Positions 1-9,725 of a DNA stretch of 64,000 bases are shown piece after piece. Below the pieces are notes generated by a model. That model was not told the DNA's origin. It ran no database searches and worked only from the letters and a program-made list of their open reading frames with translations. The translations under genes were made by a program, and so were the position numbers. This stretch comes from an uncultured delta proteobacterium (GTDB lineage Bacteria; Desulfobacterota; Desulfobacteria; Desulfobacterales; Desulfosalsimonadaceae), in the NCBI GenBank assembly GCA_963826785.1, contig CAWGYD010000004.1, forward strand, positions 1 through 64,000. The letters are read 5' to 3'. Each line of letters begins with the position of its first letter. The first letter of the stretch is position 1.

Positions 1-978
1 TGGTGTAGGTGCTAGTCGAGTACGTGATTTATTTGCCAAAGCAAAAAAGAACTCACCTTCTATTATTTTCATAGATGAAATCGATGCCGTAGGTCGGGCC
101 GCGGCTCAGGGCATGGGTGGTGGCCATGACGAGCGCGAACAAACCCTTAACCAGATTCTTGTAGAAATGGACGGATTTGAACAGGGTACTAACGTCATAG
201 TTCTAGCAGCTACAAACCGTGCAGATGTGCTTGATCCGGCTTTGCTGAGGCCTGGGCGTTTTGACCGGCGGGTGAATATTGTTTTGCCGGACCGGCAAGA
301 TCGCAAAGCAATTTTGAAAGTGCATTTCAAAAAGAAACCAATCGATGATCATGTTGACCTAGATGCCCTAGCTGCCAAAACTGCCGGTAGCAGCGGTGCT
401 GACCTTGCCAATATCGCCAACGAAGCGGCGATAGTAGCGGCCAGACATAATCGCAAAGTAATTAGTCAATGCTGATGTTACGGCTGCTTTTGAAAAAGTA
501 GCAATAGGTCCAGAGCGCAAAAACAAAATTATGAGCGACAAAGAAAAGGAAATTACCGCTTATCATGAAGCCGGACATGCAATTGTCGGGCACGTTTTAC
601 CAGATAGCGATATGGTCCATAAAGTAACTATAATCCCGCGCGGCGGCACCGGCGGCGTCACTTGGTTTTTTCCACCAGAAGATAAAAGCTACATAGCAAA
701 GTTACGAATTTAAAGACGTTTTAGCCAGAACGATGGGGGGCAGGATTGCTGAAGAGATTATATACGGTAAAGACCGCGTAACAACTGGTGCCGGTAATGA
801 CTTGCAAAAGGCCGCTGAGATAGCACGAGACATGGTAATTAACCAAGGCATGGGCGATAAGCTACGCGATCAAGTATTTCATGAAGATAATGGCGGGATG
901 GTGTTTGACAAGATTACCCACGAACCCCATATAGCGATGATACGGCCAAAGAAATCGATGGTGAAGTCGAAGGTCTTA
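1..978 (+). pseudogene. ftsH: FtsH ATP-dependent zinc metalloprotease, 3' part; 5'-truncated by the window, several frameshifts, C-terminus missing
   Basis: Walker [29 protein letters not shown], second region of homology [20 protein letters not shown], Zn motif HEAGH and GAGNDLQKA, spread over ORFs 113-475, 531-713 and 733-987. Homology ends at ...AKEIDGEVEGL near 978. Confidence 0.92.
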
Positions 979-979
979 A

Positions 980-1820
980 TCTTGTAATAGTGTTCGTATT
1001 TCTTGTATTTCAAGATCGTTAGAATCTTCCGGCACTCGCCAGTACATCTTAACTCTAACGCTACCAGCGCCAGGGGATACAATCTTAATGTTCTCTAACG
1101 TAATGGCAAGCACACCAATGTGCCAAATCTTCATCATTCAATAACGGGCTTTTTATAAAATTTAGTTCTGGTATTCTGGTATATTCAGTATGTAATTCAT
1201 CCCCTAATCTGATTAAAGCTGCGAGTAACCTTAAACGACGATAATATCCAGCTGATTTAAAGCGCTCATATTGAGTTTCGCTTAATTTATCCCAAAAAAT
1301 TCGGCCACTATGCGAAAAAGCAACCAATGCGCTGTCATAAAGAAATGATAAGTGGTGATCAGGTAAACCAATATAGGGGCCACCCCGATTATCAGGCAAG
1401 CTCCTGTTAATTGTGTCCATGATCATTTCATGACCTAGTTGAACATGTTTTTTTCTAATTGATGTTGCGTGAATTCTTCCAAAGGTTTTGGGTATTTTTC
1501 GTATTGCATACCGATATCGTGTATAAGAGCTGATATTCCAAGCACAGTTGCTTCATATGATGAAAGATTGCTGTTGTCAGGTTTCAATTTTTCAAAATCT
1601 CTATGGCCTTAATTAAAACCTGTAAACTATGATTAATTCCATGATCAACAAACCGGTAAAGCTGAGGGCTTTTCCATATGGTATCTGCAAAGTCAAATAC
1701 ATTTCCCACAAGCGCATCTAATGAAGCTGAGTGAAACCGTTTGCCACGCAAACCAAGTAAATCAACAAATGAAGTAGAATCAATTGGATCAAAATTAAAC
1801 TCGTAATTCATCATTATCAC
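980..1820 (-). CDS. HD-domain phosphohydrolase of HD-CE type (frameshifted, 3'-truncated at ~980)
   Basis: Joining frames gives DHGINHS...ALIHDIGM (~1507-1521)...IRKKH...AFSHS...LIRLGDELH...AHW, the H..HD..H..H..D..HW pattern of HD-CE-like domains. Confidence 0.75.
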
Positions 1821-2763
1821 CCAGATATTTTGGTAATCGCTTATAATTTAGCCCTTCGCTAGGTTTACATAATGATAGTAATTTACTTTCATTTAAAAAT
1901 CGCGAAGCAGCGCACTCCAAGTCAAAAACACAGATTGATCGTTTTACCTCTGCGTTATTACTTAGGGCTAACAATGTCATTAAATCAATTTCGCGACCTG
2001 TAGCATTCACATCTTCAACAATACAAACTTGTTTTCTATTGAGTTGACGAAGTACATTAGCACTTAAAGACGAAAAATTTGGAAAAGGTCCTAACCGATC
2101 GATTATAATAAGCTTCTTGTCCTCGAATATTCTATTCAGAAACAATCCAAGGATGTATGCAGTGTTGCTCCCGACGATAAAAATATCTTCATCAACTTCT
2201 TTGTTGTATCCGTCGGTAAGAGAGTATCCCATATGATAGGCAATGAGTAGCGCGAGATTGCTATTTCTTAATATAGCTTTGACATCTATCCACTTATTTG
2301 CCCATGTGTCATCGTGTAATTTGATATACCTGCTTCCGTGTGGAGGTTGTCTTATATATTCTTGACTTAGATTCATTAAAAACTGAGCGAAATATTCTTG
2401 CCTAATCTCAACGATGGTCTTTTCTGATATATGACTTTGAAAAATATCCTTTATTTTTCTGCTGCCTTTTCCATAAAAATTTGATTCTATCACTTTGCCA
2501 GTTTCATCTTCTGTTACTAAAACTGAAATATTTTTGAGTAATTGTAGCTGTTCAAGCGCCATGCTGGATCTTACAACGACTATAAATGGAATTCGCTTAT
2601 TAAGCTCTAATAATGATGAAAAGCGTTTTTGAGCACCCAAACTTGGCAAAGGAGATAGGTCAACCATTACTTTTTTGTCTTTATTTCTATGCAACTTTCC
2701 TAATTAATTGTTGCAGTCTATCCATATCTCTTTCACCACCATATAAAGCGATAGATTTCTTAA
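1795..2763 (-). CDS. Type I phosphoribosyltransferase-domain protein, 3' part (5' part at 4302-4387; split by IS701)
   Basis: PRPP-binding loop VCIVEDVNATGREI and upstream YIKLHDDTWANKWIDVK hood-like segment. Removing the IS joins it to the ATG at 4387, with one further 1-nt indel near 2697. Confidence 0.75.
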
Positions 2764-4301
2764 CCCTACAACGCTACTTAGCTAAGATAAAACTTGATCA
2801 AAGTCCTTTTTTGGGGCATATTACATGATAAAACCCCTAAAAGAGGAGGTGCCCCATGCTGCCCGACATGCGACAATCGGATTATCTCTACCCAGTGCCA
2901 AAATTTGATCTCAATCAGGACGATGTGGATGGATTTACAAATGAATTAAAAGGCTTCCATGAACAATTCGATGACTGTTTTTTCAGGTCAGAGTCAAGAG
3001 ATAATTTTTTTCGGTACATGGCCGGCCAGTTCAGCCAAATAGAGCGAAAATCAATTGAGCCGATCGCCATTGCCATGGAAGGCGGGAAGGTTCGCGCAAT
3101 GCAACGCTTTGTCAGTGATGCGCCCTGGGATGATAAAAAATTGATATCTAAGTATCGTAAATTATTTATGGACGATTTGGGTCATCCGGACGGCGTAGTG
3201 ATTTTCGATGAATCCGGGTTCATCAAAAAAGGTGATGACAGCATTGGCGTCGGCAGGCAATATTGCGGAACCGTCGGCAAAGTCGACAATTGCCAAGTCG
3301 GCGTTTTTGCGGCCTATGCTTCACCATACGGCTATGGGTTGATAGACAAGCAATTATATATTCCACAGCACTGGTTTGACGATGATCACGAAGAGCGAAG
3401 AAATAAATGCAAGCTGCCGGAAAATGTTATATTCCAAACCAAGCCGCACCTGGCTGCCGGCATGCTCAAGCATCTCTATGATGAAAAGACCATTCCCTTT
3501 CGCTATGTGCTGGGCGATTCGGTATACGGGACAAGTCCGGAATTTATTGCTACGATCGAAAGCATGGTGGGAATGACCTATTTGGTGCAGGTCCCCGAAG
3601 ATACATTATGTTGGGCAAAGCGACCGATCACAATCACAAAAAGTTATTGTTACGGCGGCAAAAAGCAGACGAAGCGTATTCTGTCTGACACATCCGGCGA
3701 TCCAATTAAATTCAAAACATTGGCTTCCGGGATTCATAATTATTTTTGGTATCGGCGCAAAGTGTCGGAGGGAACCAAGGGGCCGATCGAATATGAATTT
3801 ATGAGACGTCGTGTGGTTTTGTCCAACAAAGGGCTTCCGGAAAAGGAAGTTTGGTTGTTGGTCAGAAGAACGATGGGCAAGAATCCGGAATACTCCTATT
3901 ATATTAGCAATGGTTCACAAAGCGTGAAAATGAGCACCTTGATCTGGCTGAGCGGTTTACGCTGGGCCATTGAGCAGTGCTTCGAAGAATGCAAAACAGA
4001 GTTGGGGATGGACCATTATGAAGTTCGTAAATTTCCTGGATGGCACCATCATATGCTCACATGCATGCTGGCCCATTTCTTTCTTTGGCACCTGAAAATC
4101 AGGTTGGGGAAAAAAAGCACCGTCGCTTACTCTATCGCAGCTTAAGATTTTATTGAACGTACTGCTGCCGTTTAGGATATTTGGCCTTGCTGAATCCATC
4201 GACCTGGTTGGCTGGATTCAGCGTAAAAATCATAAAGCCTATCTGTCCCACCGGAAACGGAAGCTGATGAGGCAGAATGATAGTTAAATATCGTTGTAGG
4301 G
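2764..4301 (+). mobile_element. IS701-family insertion sequence, 1538 bp
   Basis: Imperfect 21-bp terminal inverted repeats CCCTACAACGCTACTTAGCTA (2764-2784) and TAGTTAAATATCGTTGTAGGG (4281-4301), 18/21 match; flanking TTAA duplication at 2760-2763 and 4302-4305. Confidence 0.93.
2856..4287 (+). CDS. IS701-family DDE transposase (main ORF ends 4145; C-terminal tail in the +1 frame after a G4A7 run, to 4287)
   Basis: FDESGFIKKG..S.GV.RQYCGTVGKVDNCQ, GDSVYG, RWAIEQCFEECKTELGMDHYEVR; SD GAGGAGG upstream. Confidence 0.93.
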
Positions 4302-4387
4302 TTAAGTGAATTCGAAATTCCTTCTTGGATAAGCGTTTGCAAAATGTTCAGATAATGATCAACAATACCAATATTATCAGCGAGCAT
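4302..4387 (-). CDS. 5' fragment of the IS-disrupted PRTase gene (MLADNIGIVDHYLNILQTLIQEGISNSL)
   Basis: ATG at 4387 overlaps the stop of the upstream ATPase gene. The frame continues across the empty TTAA site as KKSIALYGGERDMDRLQQLIRK. Confidence 0.6.
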
Positions 4388-5328
4388 GGCCTTCCCCTAA
4401 TGCTTCGACATAAAATTGAACGCCAGGAAAAACCTTTGGCGGCCCTTCTTACGGTTTTTTTAATTATCAAGTTTTGAAAAGCGTCTTATGCTTAAAAAGG
4501 TATTGTTAAAGTTTAAAAACGACGACGCACCGCCTGATCTTACACGTACAACGCCATGAAGTCGGCTGGCAAATTGGACTGCTCTGAGAATCCGGCTCCC
4601 TCTCGATTATGATATCGAAACAATAGGGCTTTATTTATTGCAACTTAATCAAGCGGATATGGTAGCCATTATCGTTATAGGCTTCTTGTAAAACCAATAC
4701 CGTTGTCACCAATCGTGCAAGTTAAACGATTACATATCTCGCTTTTTGCTCTGATAATACAAAATAACCCCATCCTCTCCCTGCCCACCCCGACTATGCG
4801 AATTAGATTTCTATTGCTCAGCGATTAAATAAGATGGTTGTATAACAGTAAAATCCAGCTCATCAAGAATATCAGATTAAAAATCTGAAAATGTATTATG
4901 TAAATAAGATGACGAGAATTTATTGATTGATGAAATACCAACTTTCCAGAACCTCAATAAATACTAGATGCACGTGTTTCTTCGAGCATATATAATCATA
5001 AATTTCAAATATATTTGTAATAGATAAAGTTTCCGAGCATTCTAAGAAAGTAGGACCATTTTAAAAAATTTAGTTGCCATTTGTCGGATAGGAAGCTCTA
5101 AAAATCATTTTTCTTTTCACTTAAACAATCTCCGAGCAATAGAATCCATAGCATTCCATCTGAATCAATAAAATCCAAACCACGGAGGGAAAGAAATAGT
5201 TCAGGATCATCAGAGGAAAAAAATTTGGATAAATATGTGAATGATTGCGCAATAACATCTTCCCATTGCAATCTTTTTTTTCTATCCGATTGTTTTCTTA
5301 CAATCTGTGATAAACGTATTTGGATCAA
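4377..5328 (-). pseudogene. STAS-like N-terminus plus GHKL/HATPase_c ATPase (multiply frameshifted)
   Basis: N-terminal LSLRGLDFIDSDGMLWILLL; G1 box LTCTIGDNGIGF (~4690-4716); G2-like EGAGF; VRVRSGGA (~4530); terminal strand FPGVQFYVE (~4404-4430). The motifs lie in different frames. Confidence 0.65.
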
Positions 5329-5904
5329 GGAATTACTCTTTGGATGGTCAATATTAATTTACAGGAAATTGCTTTCTGAAAACGAGAATTGGCAGGATGA
5401 TACCAAAAATCGAAAAGATAATCAAAATTAATATAAGATTATATTTTCGATTTTCTTTGAAATTTAATTTCTAATTCGCAAGTTCGTCTTCGCTACCGAA
5501 TAGAGAATTTCAATATATCCTATATGTGCTATAATTGCTATACCTAATAAAATTGTGATTTTGAAAGTATAGAAAAGTTTTTGTTCGGAATTAATAAATC
5601 CAACAATTCAATAATTCTAAAAGTACTACACGTTTTTTGGCGTAATGAAACGATTGGAATTTGCCAGTCTTGCACGCCAAACAAATCCTCTCTCAAAGAG
5701 CATACAATAGCAGCCCTCCAGCATTCCTGAAAACCGGCAACCACAAGATATGGGGGAAGCCCAAAATCAAGAATTGCCGGTAAGGCTTATCGACTGTGCC
5801 GCACTGCTGGAAAAATTTGGAAATACATCATGTTTGAAATACTTATAACGATTTGCCCCTTTAATGAAACCAAACGTTGTTTTTGAATTTGTGTAACATT
5901 TCTT

Positions 5905-5932
5905 TTGACACTGTAACAATATGTGATACAAT
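5905..5932 (+). promoter_or_regulatory. Sigma70-type promoter of higBA with overlapping TGTAAC...GATACA operator; likely leaderless mRNA
   Basis: TTGACA-N16-TACAAT; the ATG lies 8 nt after the -10 box and there is no SD. Confidence 0.7.
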
Positions 5933-5939
5933 ATAATCT

Positions 5940-6215
5940 ATGATAAAAAGTTTCAGGCATAAGGGACTTGCCGAGTTATTTGAAGGTGGCCGATCTCGAA
6001 GGTTAAGTCAGGATTTACAAGAGCGGTCCCTAAGACGTTTAGATGCTCTTGATCAAGCGGAATCATTGACGGATTTAAATGTTCCTGGCTTTAATTTTCA
6101 CGGCCTTCAAGGAAAGCCAAAACGTTATAGTATTCATGTTAATGGTCCATGGTGCATTACCTTTGAATGGGAATCTGGTGATGCATTTAAGATTGACCTT
6201 GAACAATATCATTGA
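5940..6215 (+). CDS. higB: HigB/RelE-family toxin (plasmid maintenance killer type)
   Basis: MIKSFRHKGLAELF...FHGLQG...YSIHVNGPWCITFEW...LEQYH. Confidence 0.92.
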   Translation: MIKSFRHKGLAELFEGGRSRRLSQDLQERSLRRLDALDQAESLTDLNVPGFNFHGLQGKPKRYSIHVNGPWCITFEWESGDAFKIDLEQYH

Positions 6216-6225
6216 GGTAAAAACC

Positions 6226-6555
6226 ATGGGAGAATATGTAGTTAAACGCCCTATTAAAAGACAACCAGTACATCCTGGTGAAATTTTACGTGAAGATGTT
6301 CTTAAAACTCTTGGCCTGTCTGTCAGCGATGCAGCAAGGCGTCTTGGTGTTTCCCGCCAGCAACTTCATCGAATATTAGCTTGCACCCACCCCATTACAA
6401 CTGAAATGGCGCTCCGGATTGGCAAGTTTGCAGGAAATGGGCCTGGGCTTTGGTTACGTATGCAACAGGCTTATGATCTGTGGAACGCTGAAAACAAAAT
6501 GGCAGGTGAACTTTCCAAGATTAAGACGGTTGTATCCAATAATCTCCATTCCTGA
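6226..6555 (+). CDS. higA: HigA antitoxin (XRE HTH)
   Basis: HPGEILRED...AARRLGVSRQQL...ITTEMALRI...WLRMQQAYDLW; SD GAGG before ATG 6226. Confidence 0.92.
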   Translation: MGEYVVKRPIKRQPVHPGEILREDVLKTLGLSVSDAARRLGVSRQQLHRILACTHPITTEMALRIGKFAGNGPGLWLRMQQAYDLWNAENKMAGELSKIKTVVSNNLHS

Positions 6556-6964
6556 AAAGCGCAATGGAATTCTAAAACAGTAGGGCCAATATGAAATGAC
6601 GCCGAGCCGTATGCCGGGTGTTCAACAGTCTTCACCCCTATAACCCAACCTTCCAGTGCACCATACAATGGCTTTTTGGCACCTCAACCAGGAACTCTGC
6701 TACCACAAGATATGGTGCTTTTTATCTTTCTCGAATCGCATTTCACGCGCAAGATAAAGGGCTGAATCACGGAAACCTGCAGCGAGGGGGTGAGAGAGAT
6801 GGAATTTCAAAACCGCCCATCTCATCGATTTTGAAATACCACAGCATCAGCGACGCCGTGGGGGACTCGGTAGCCCGGAGAACATCTATGAGATGTTTGT
6901 TGGAGATAAGCAGCATCTATATCTATAGGATAATGCTTCAAGCGACGGCCACGGGTGATTCCAT

Positions 6965-7168
6965 TCACAGCCGAAATCGCCAGGGTTGTGATGAACCTTT
7001 AAGAATACGTTTCCGCTTGTTAATGCAGGCAATACAATTGCATTTCGGCGTCAACGGGTGCGGGCCCTTTTCCTGCGCTTTCTGCATCCCGGCTTCGATC
7101 ATCTCAATGATCAGGCGGCGCTCTGCATGAATTTTTTTTCTGATATCCGAATCGCCCATGTTTTGCAT
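6965..7168 (-). CDS. Small Cys-motif hypothetical protein (CxCxxC), likely partner of the upstream NTase
   Basis: 67-aa ORF directly downstream of the NTase, containing KCNCIAC and ending WRFRL. Confidence 0.55.
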   Translation of the reverse strand: MQNMGDSDIRKKIHAERRLIIEMIEAGMQKAQEKGPHPLTPKCNCIACINKRKRILKGSSQPWRFRL

Positions 7169-7184
7169 TTCCCGAAAGGGTTCA

Positions 7185-7763
7185 TCATTTAGCGTTTAAT
7201 GCCGGCAACAGCGATTCCAAATGATCTAAAATACCGAATCTATCTGCGAAATGCGTTAATCGCGCCACGTCAATGGCATTAAAACGCTCATCGACAAAGC
7301 CGGCGGCGGTTGTCTTGAAGAGCGCTTCCAGATCAGCGGTATCGTGAATTTTTCGATCGGGATTGTTGGCAATGGCCATGAGTTTCAGCACGGCATAATC
7401 CGTAGGCTGCACCACTGGAATTTCACCGAAAAATTCATCTTTCAATGATATTGCCCGCTCAAGGATGGCAAGCCCATCTTCAGTTCGGGCAAACATGAAA
7501 TCGACTTTGCCATAAACGCCAAGTTCGGAATCAAACTGGGCAAAGGCATCTGTATTCTGAAAACAATCAAACCCCAACTCTGCCATTAAATCCCGTATCT
7601 TCTCCCGGTGCCGGGCTTCGGTAAGCAGGTCAATATCAGCTGTATAGCGGGGCATTCCATATAGCGCCAGCGCCAAGGCACCGATCAGGGCGTGGGCAAT
7701 TCCTCTTTCCGCCAGCTGTTTATGCAAAACTGACAGTATACTTTTAAGTTTTGGTGACGGCAT
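7185..7763 (-). CDS. Pol-beta superfamily nucleotidyltransferase (AbiEii-like/DUF6036-like)
   Basis: LIGALALALYGMPRYTADIDLL (G[G/A]...DxD), LKLMA...DR..HDTADL; SD GGAGG. Confidence 0.8.
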   Translation of the reverse strand: MPSPKLKSILSVLHKQLAERGIAHALIGALALALYGMPRYTADIDLLTEARHREKIRDLMAELGFDCFQNTDAFAQFDSELGVYGKVDFMFARTEDGLAILERAISLKDEFFGEIPVVQPTDYAVLKLMAIANNPDRKIHDTADLEALFKTTAAGFVDERFNAIDVARLTHFADRFGILDHLESLLPALNAK

Positions 7764-8001
7764 TACCCCTCCCGGCGAAATGCAAACTCATTGTCTTTTG
7801 CAGCAGGCAACGGCCCCCCTTAATACTGCCGTTTTGATCACAATCTGCGTAATATGCTTTACGAAGGCATCGCTTATTATATATATCCTAAATGATATCT
7901 GAGGCAACAGTAAGAATCAGCCATATCTTGTGTTGGTCCTCAAGGCGAGAAGAGGCGCAGGGTCACGCGGCAAATAAACGTAAACCACAAGGGTTCGTAA
8001 A

Positions 8002-8568
8002 ATGGCCAAATGTTTGATCTGTAATTCCAGAAAAGGAAAACGAAAATGTACCATCCAGGAGGGACTTATCTGCAGCCAGTGCTGCGGGGCGACCCGCGCT
8101 TCCGATAAATGCGCCGGCTGCTCCTATTTCCGGGATGAGAAATCCATGCGAAACTATCGCAATATCCCATACCACCCGCTTTCGGACATGTCGGCCGACT
8201 GGAATCTCCAGAATCAGGCAAATGTCATTGAATCGGCAATCTGCAGCTTTGACCAGGAATGTGGCAGCATAATGGATAACCAGACCGCGCTTGAAATTGT
8301 CCAACGACTCCTGGACAAGTACCACTTCCGGGATAAAAACCCGGCCATTTCGAATCCTCTGGTAAAACAGGGATTTTTTGCTGTAGATAAGGCGATTGAA
8401 GCGGATCTTTCATCTCTGATGCCGGAAGAAATCACTCGGCTGCTTGGCGCCATTGCCCGCTCGATAACCCGTCACGATGAAACCCGGCGGGCCTATATCG
8501 ATTTTATCCATGAGCATGTCGGTCTGCGTGTCGCCAGCGGGGTCCGCCTGATGCCAAGGAAGATTTAA
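8002..8568 (+). CDS. Hypothetical protein with N-terminal Cys-rich (putative Zn-binding) domain
   Basis: CLIC...KRKC...CSQCC...CAGC. Confidence 0.75.
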   Translation: MAKCLICNSRKGKRKCTIQEGLICSQCCGATRASDKCAGCSYFRDEKSMRNYRNIPYHPLSDMSADWNLQNQANVIESAICSFDQECGSIMDNQTALEIVQRLLDKYHFRDKNPAISNPLVKQGFFAVDKAIEADLSSLMPEEITRLLGAIARSITRHDETRRAYIDFIHEHVGLRVASGVRLMPRKI

Positions 8569-8615
8569 ATGATGGTCAGATCATCCGGGGTGTCCGGGTC
8601 GCAGCATCCGATTTA
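8559..8615 (+). repeat. ~56-bp direct repeat, copy 1
   Basis: GAAGATTTAAATGATGGTCAGATCATCCGGGGTGTCCGGGTCGCAGCATCCGATTTA; differs from 9664-9719 by 2 substitutions and 1 indel. Confidence 0.9.
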
Positions 8616-8734
8616 CTGATGCTTTGTTCCTTTTCTGTTTCTTGTATCTGGTTTCTTGTTTTACAGTGCCTTCAGCCAATTTTTCGAAACTCGGCGGACA
8701 TACACTACTTTCATCTTCTCGAACGCCGGTTTTT

Positions 8735-9161
8735 TCAATGTTTGGAATTTGCATTACCTGGTGATATTGTTTTGGCGATTACGGACTTCACTTCGGCAAC
8801 AAACTTTTCTGCAGAATCAAGGCTCATCCGGGCATCTTCATGAGAAACCTGAAATTGCGCCTCATAGTCACACCGCTGGCGTAAATCAAACGCCCTGTGA
8901 AGCCACCGCGAGAAGTCCTTTGAAAAAATGTCTGTCTTGACGAATTCCCGGTCAAATAAACTTATCGCACCGGCATGTTTTGAGGTTTCCTTTTTGTTAA
9001 TGGCAAGCAATGCCAAGACAGCGTAAAACATGGCATAATAAGAGTTATTGATCGAACGCCTGATTATATCCTGCTGAAACAACATGCGATGCCGCTTTGA
9101 TTGATTCTTCGGCTTGTTCGAGACGGTATTGAACCAAAGCTTTGACTTTTTCGGTTATCAT
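8735..9161 (-). CDS. HEPN-domain protein (1-nt frameshift near 9086)
   Basis: YRLEQAEESIKAA...INNSYYAMFYA...SKHAG...LRQRCDY; ATGA overlap with the MNT stop at 9158-9161. Confidence 0.85.
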
Positions 9162-9475
9162 GCCGGCACACCTTCGCGCAGGATATTTTCAACCAAGGTG
9201 CTTTCGGACATGGGACCGTCATCGAATTGGCGTTGATCTATGATCACGGTGGTGATCACCCTGTCGTTTTCGAATCCGATCTCCCAGCAGATATCCCGAA
9301 TAGCTGCCTCGGCCGATTCGTCTTTTTGCGGCAGGACAATGCAGACGTCGAAGTCGGATTCCCATGTTGCATCCCCGCGTGCACGTGATCCAAAAGCCCA
9401 GACTCGGGCGGTCGGATATAGATCCCGGATTCTTTTTGCCAAAATTTCGAGAATTTTTCTGTCATCCGCCAACAT
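9158..9475 (-). CDS. Minimal nucleotidyltransferase (MNT) antitoxin
   Basis: AFGSRARGDATWESDFDV...ENILREGV. Confidence 0.9.
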   Translation of the reverse strand: MLADDRKILEILAKRIRDLYPTARVWAFGSRARGDATWESDFDVCIVLPQKDESAEAAIRDICWEIGFENDRVITTVIIDQRQFDDGPMSESTLVENILREGVPA

Positions 9476-9663
9476 CTTGATGTTCTTCCTCTCTGCCGCA
9501 TTTGAGGGCTAAGGGCAGTTGAATAAATAACCTGTATTAATGTAATGACTAAATACATAACAAGATTTGCTCCCCGCATCAAGTTTTGCATAAATTAAAA
9601 GCCTTGGGGGGACGGGTTGATAAAGTGTACAAACTAATTTTTCCTCTATATCTGGACTGTTCC

Positions 9664-9719
9664 GAAGACTTAAATGATGGCCAGATCATCCGGGGTGTCC
9701 GGGTGCAGCATCCGATTTA
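9664..9719 (+). repeat. ~56-bp direct repeat, copy 2
   Basis: GAAGACTTAAATGATGGCCAGATCATCCGGGGTGTCCGGGTGCAGCATCCGATTTA. Confidence 0.9.
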
Positions 9720-9725
9720 GAATGC

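Noticed and set aside
8559..9719. Integron attC sites around the TA cassette
   Set aside because: No RYYYAAC...GTTRRRY ends, only two copies, and no integron integrase in the window.
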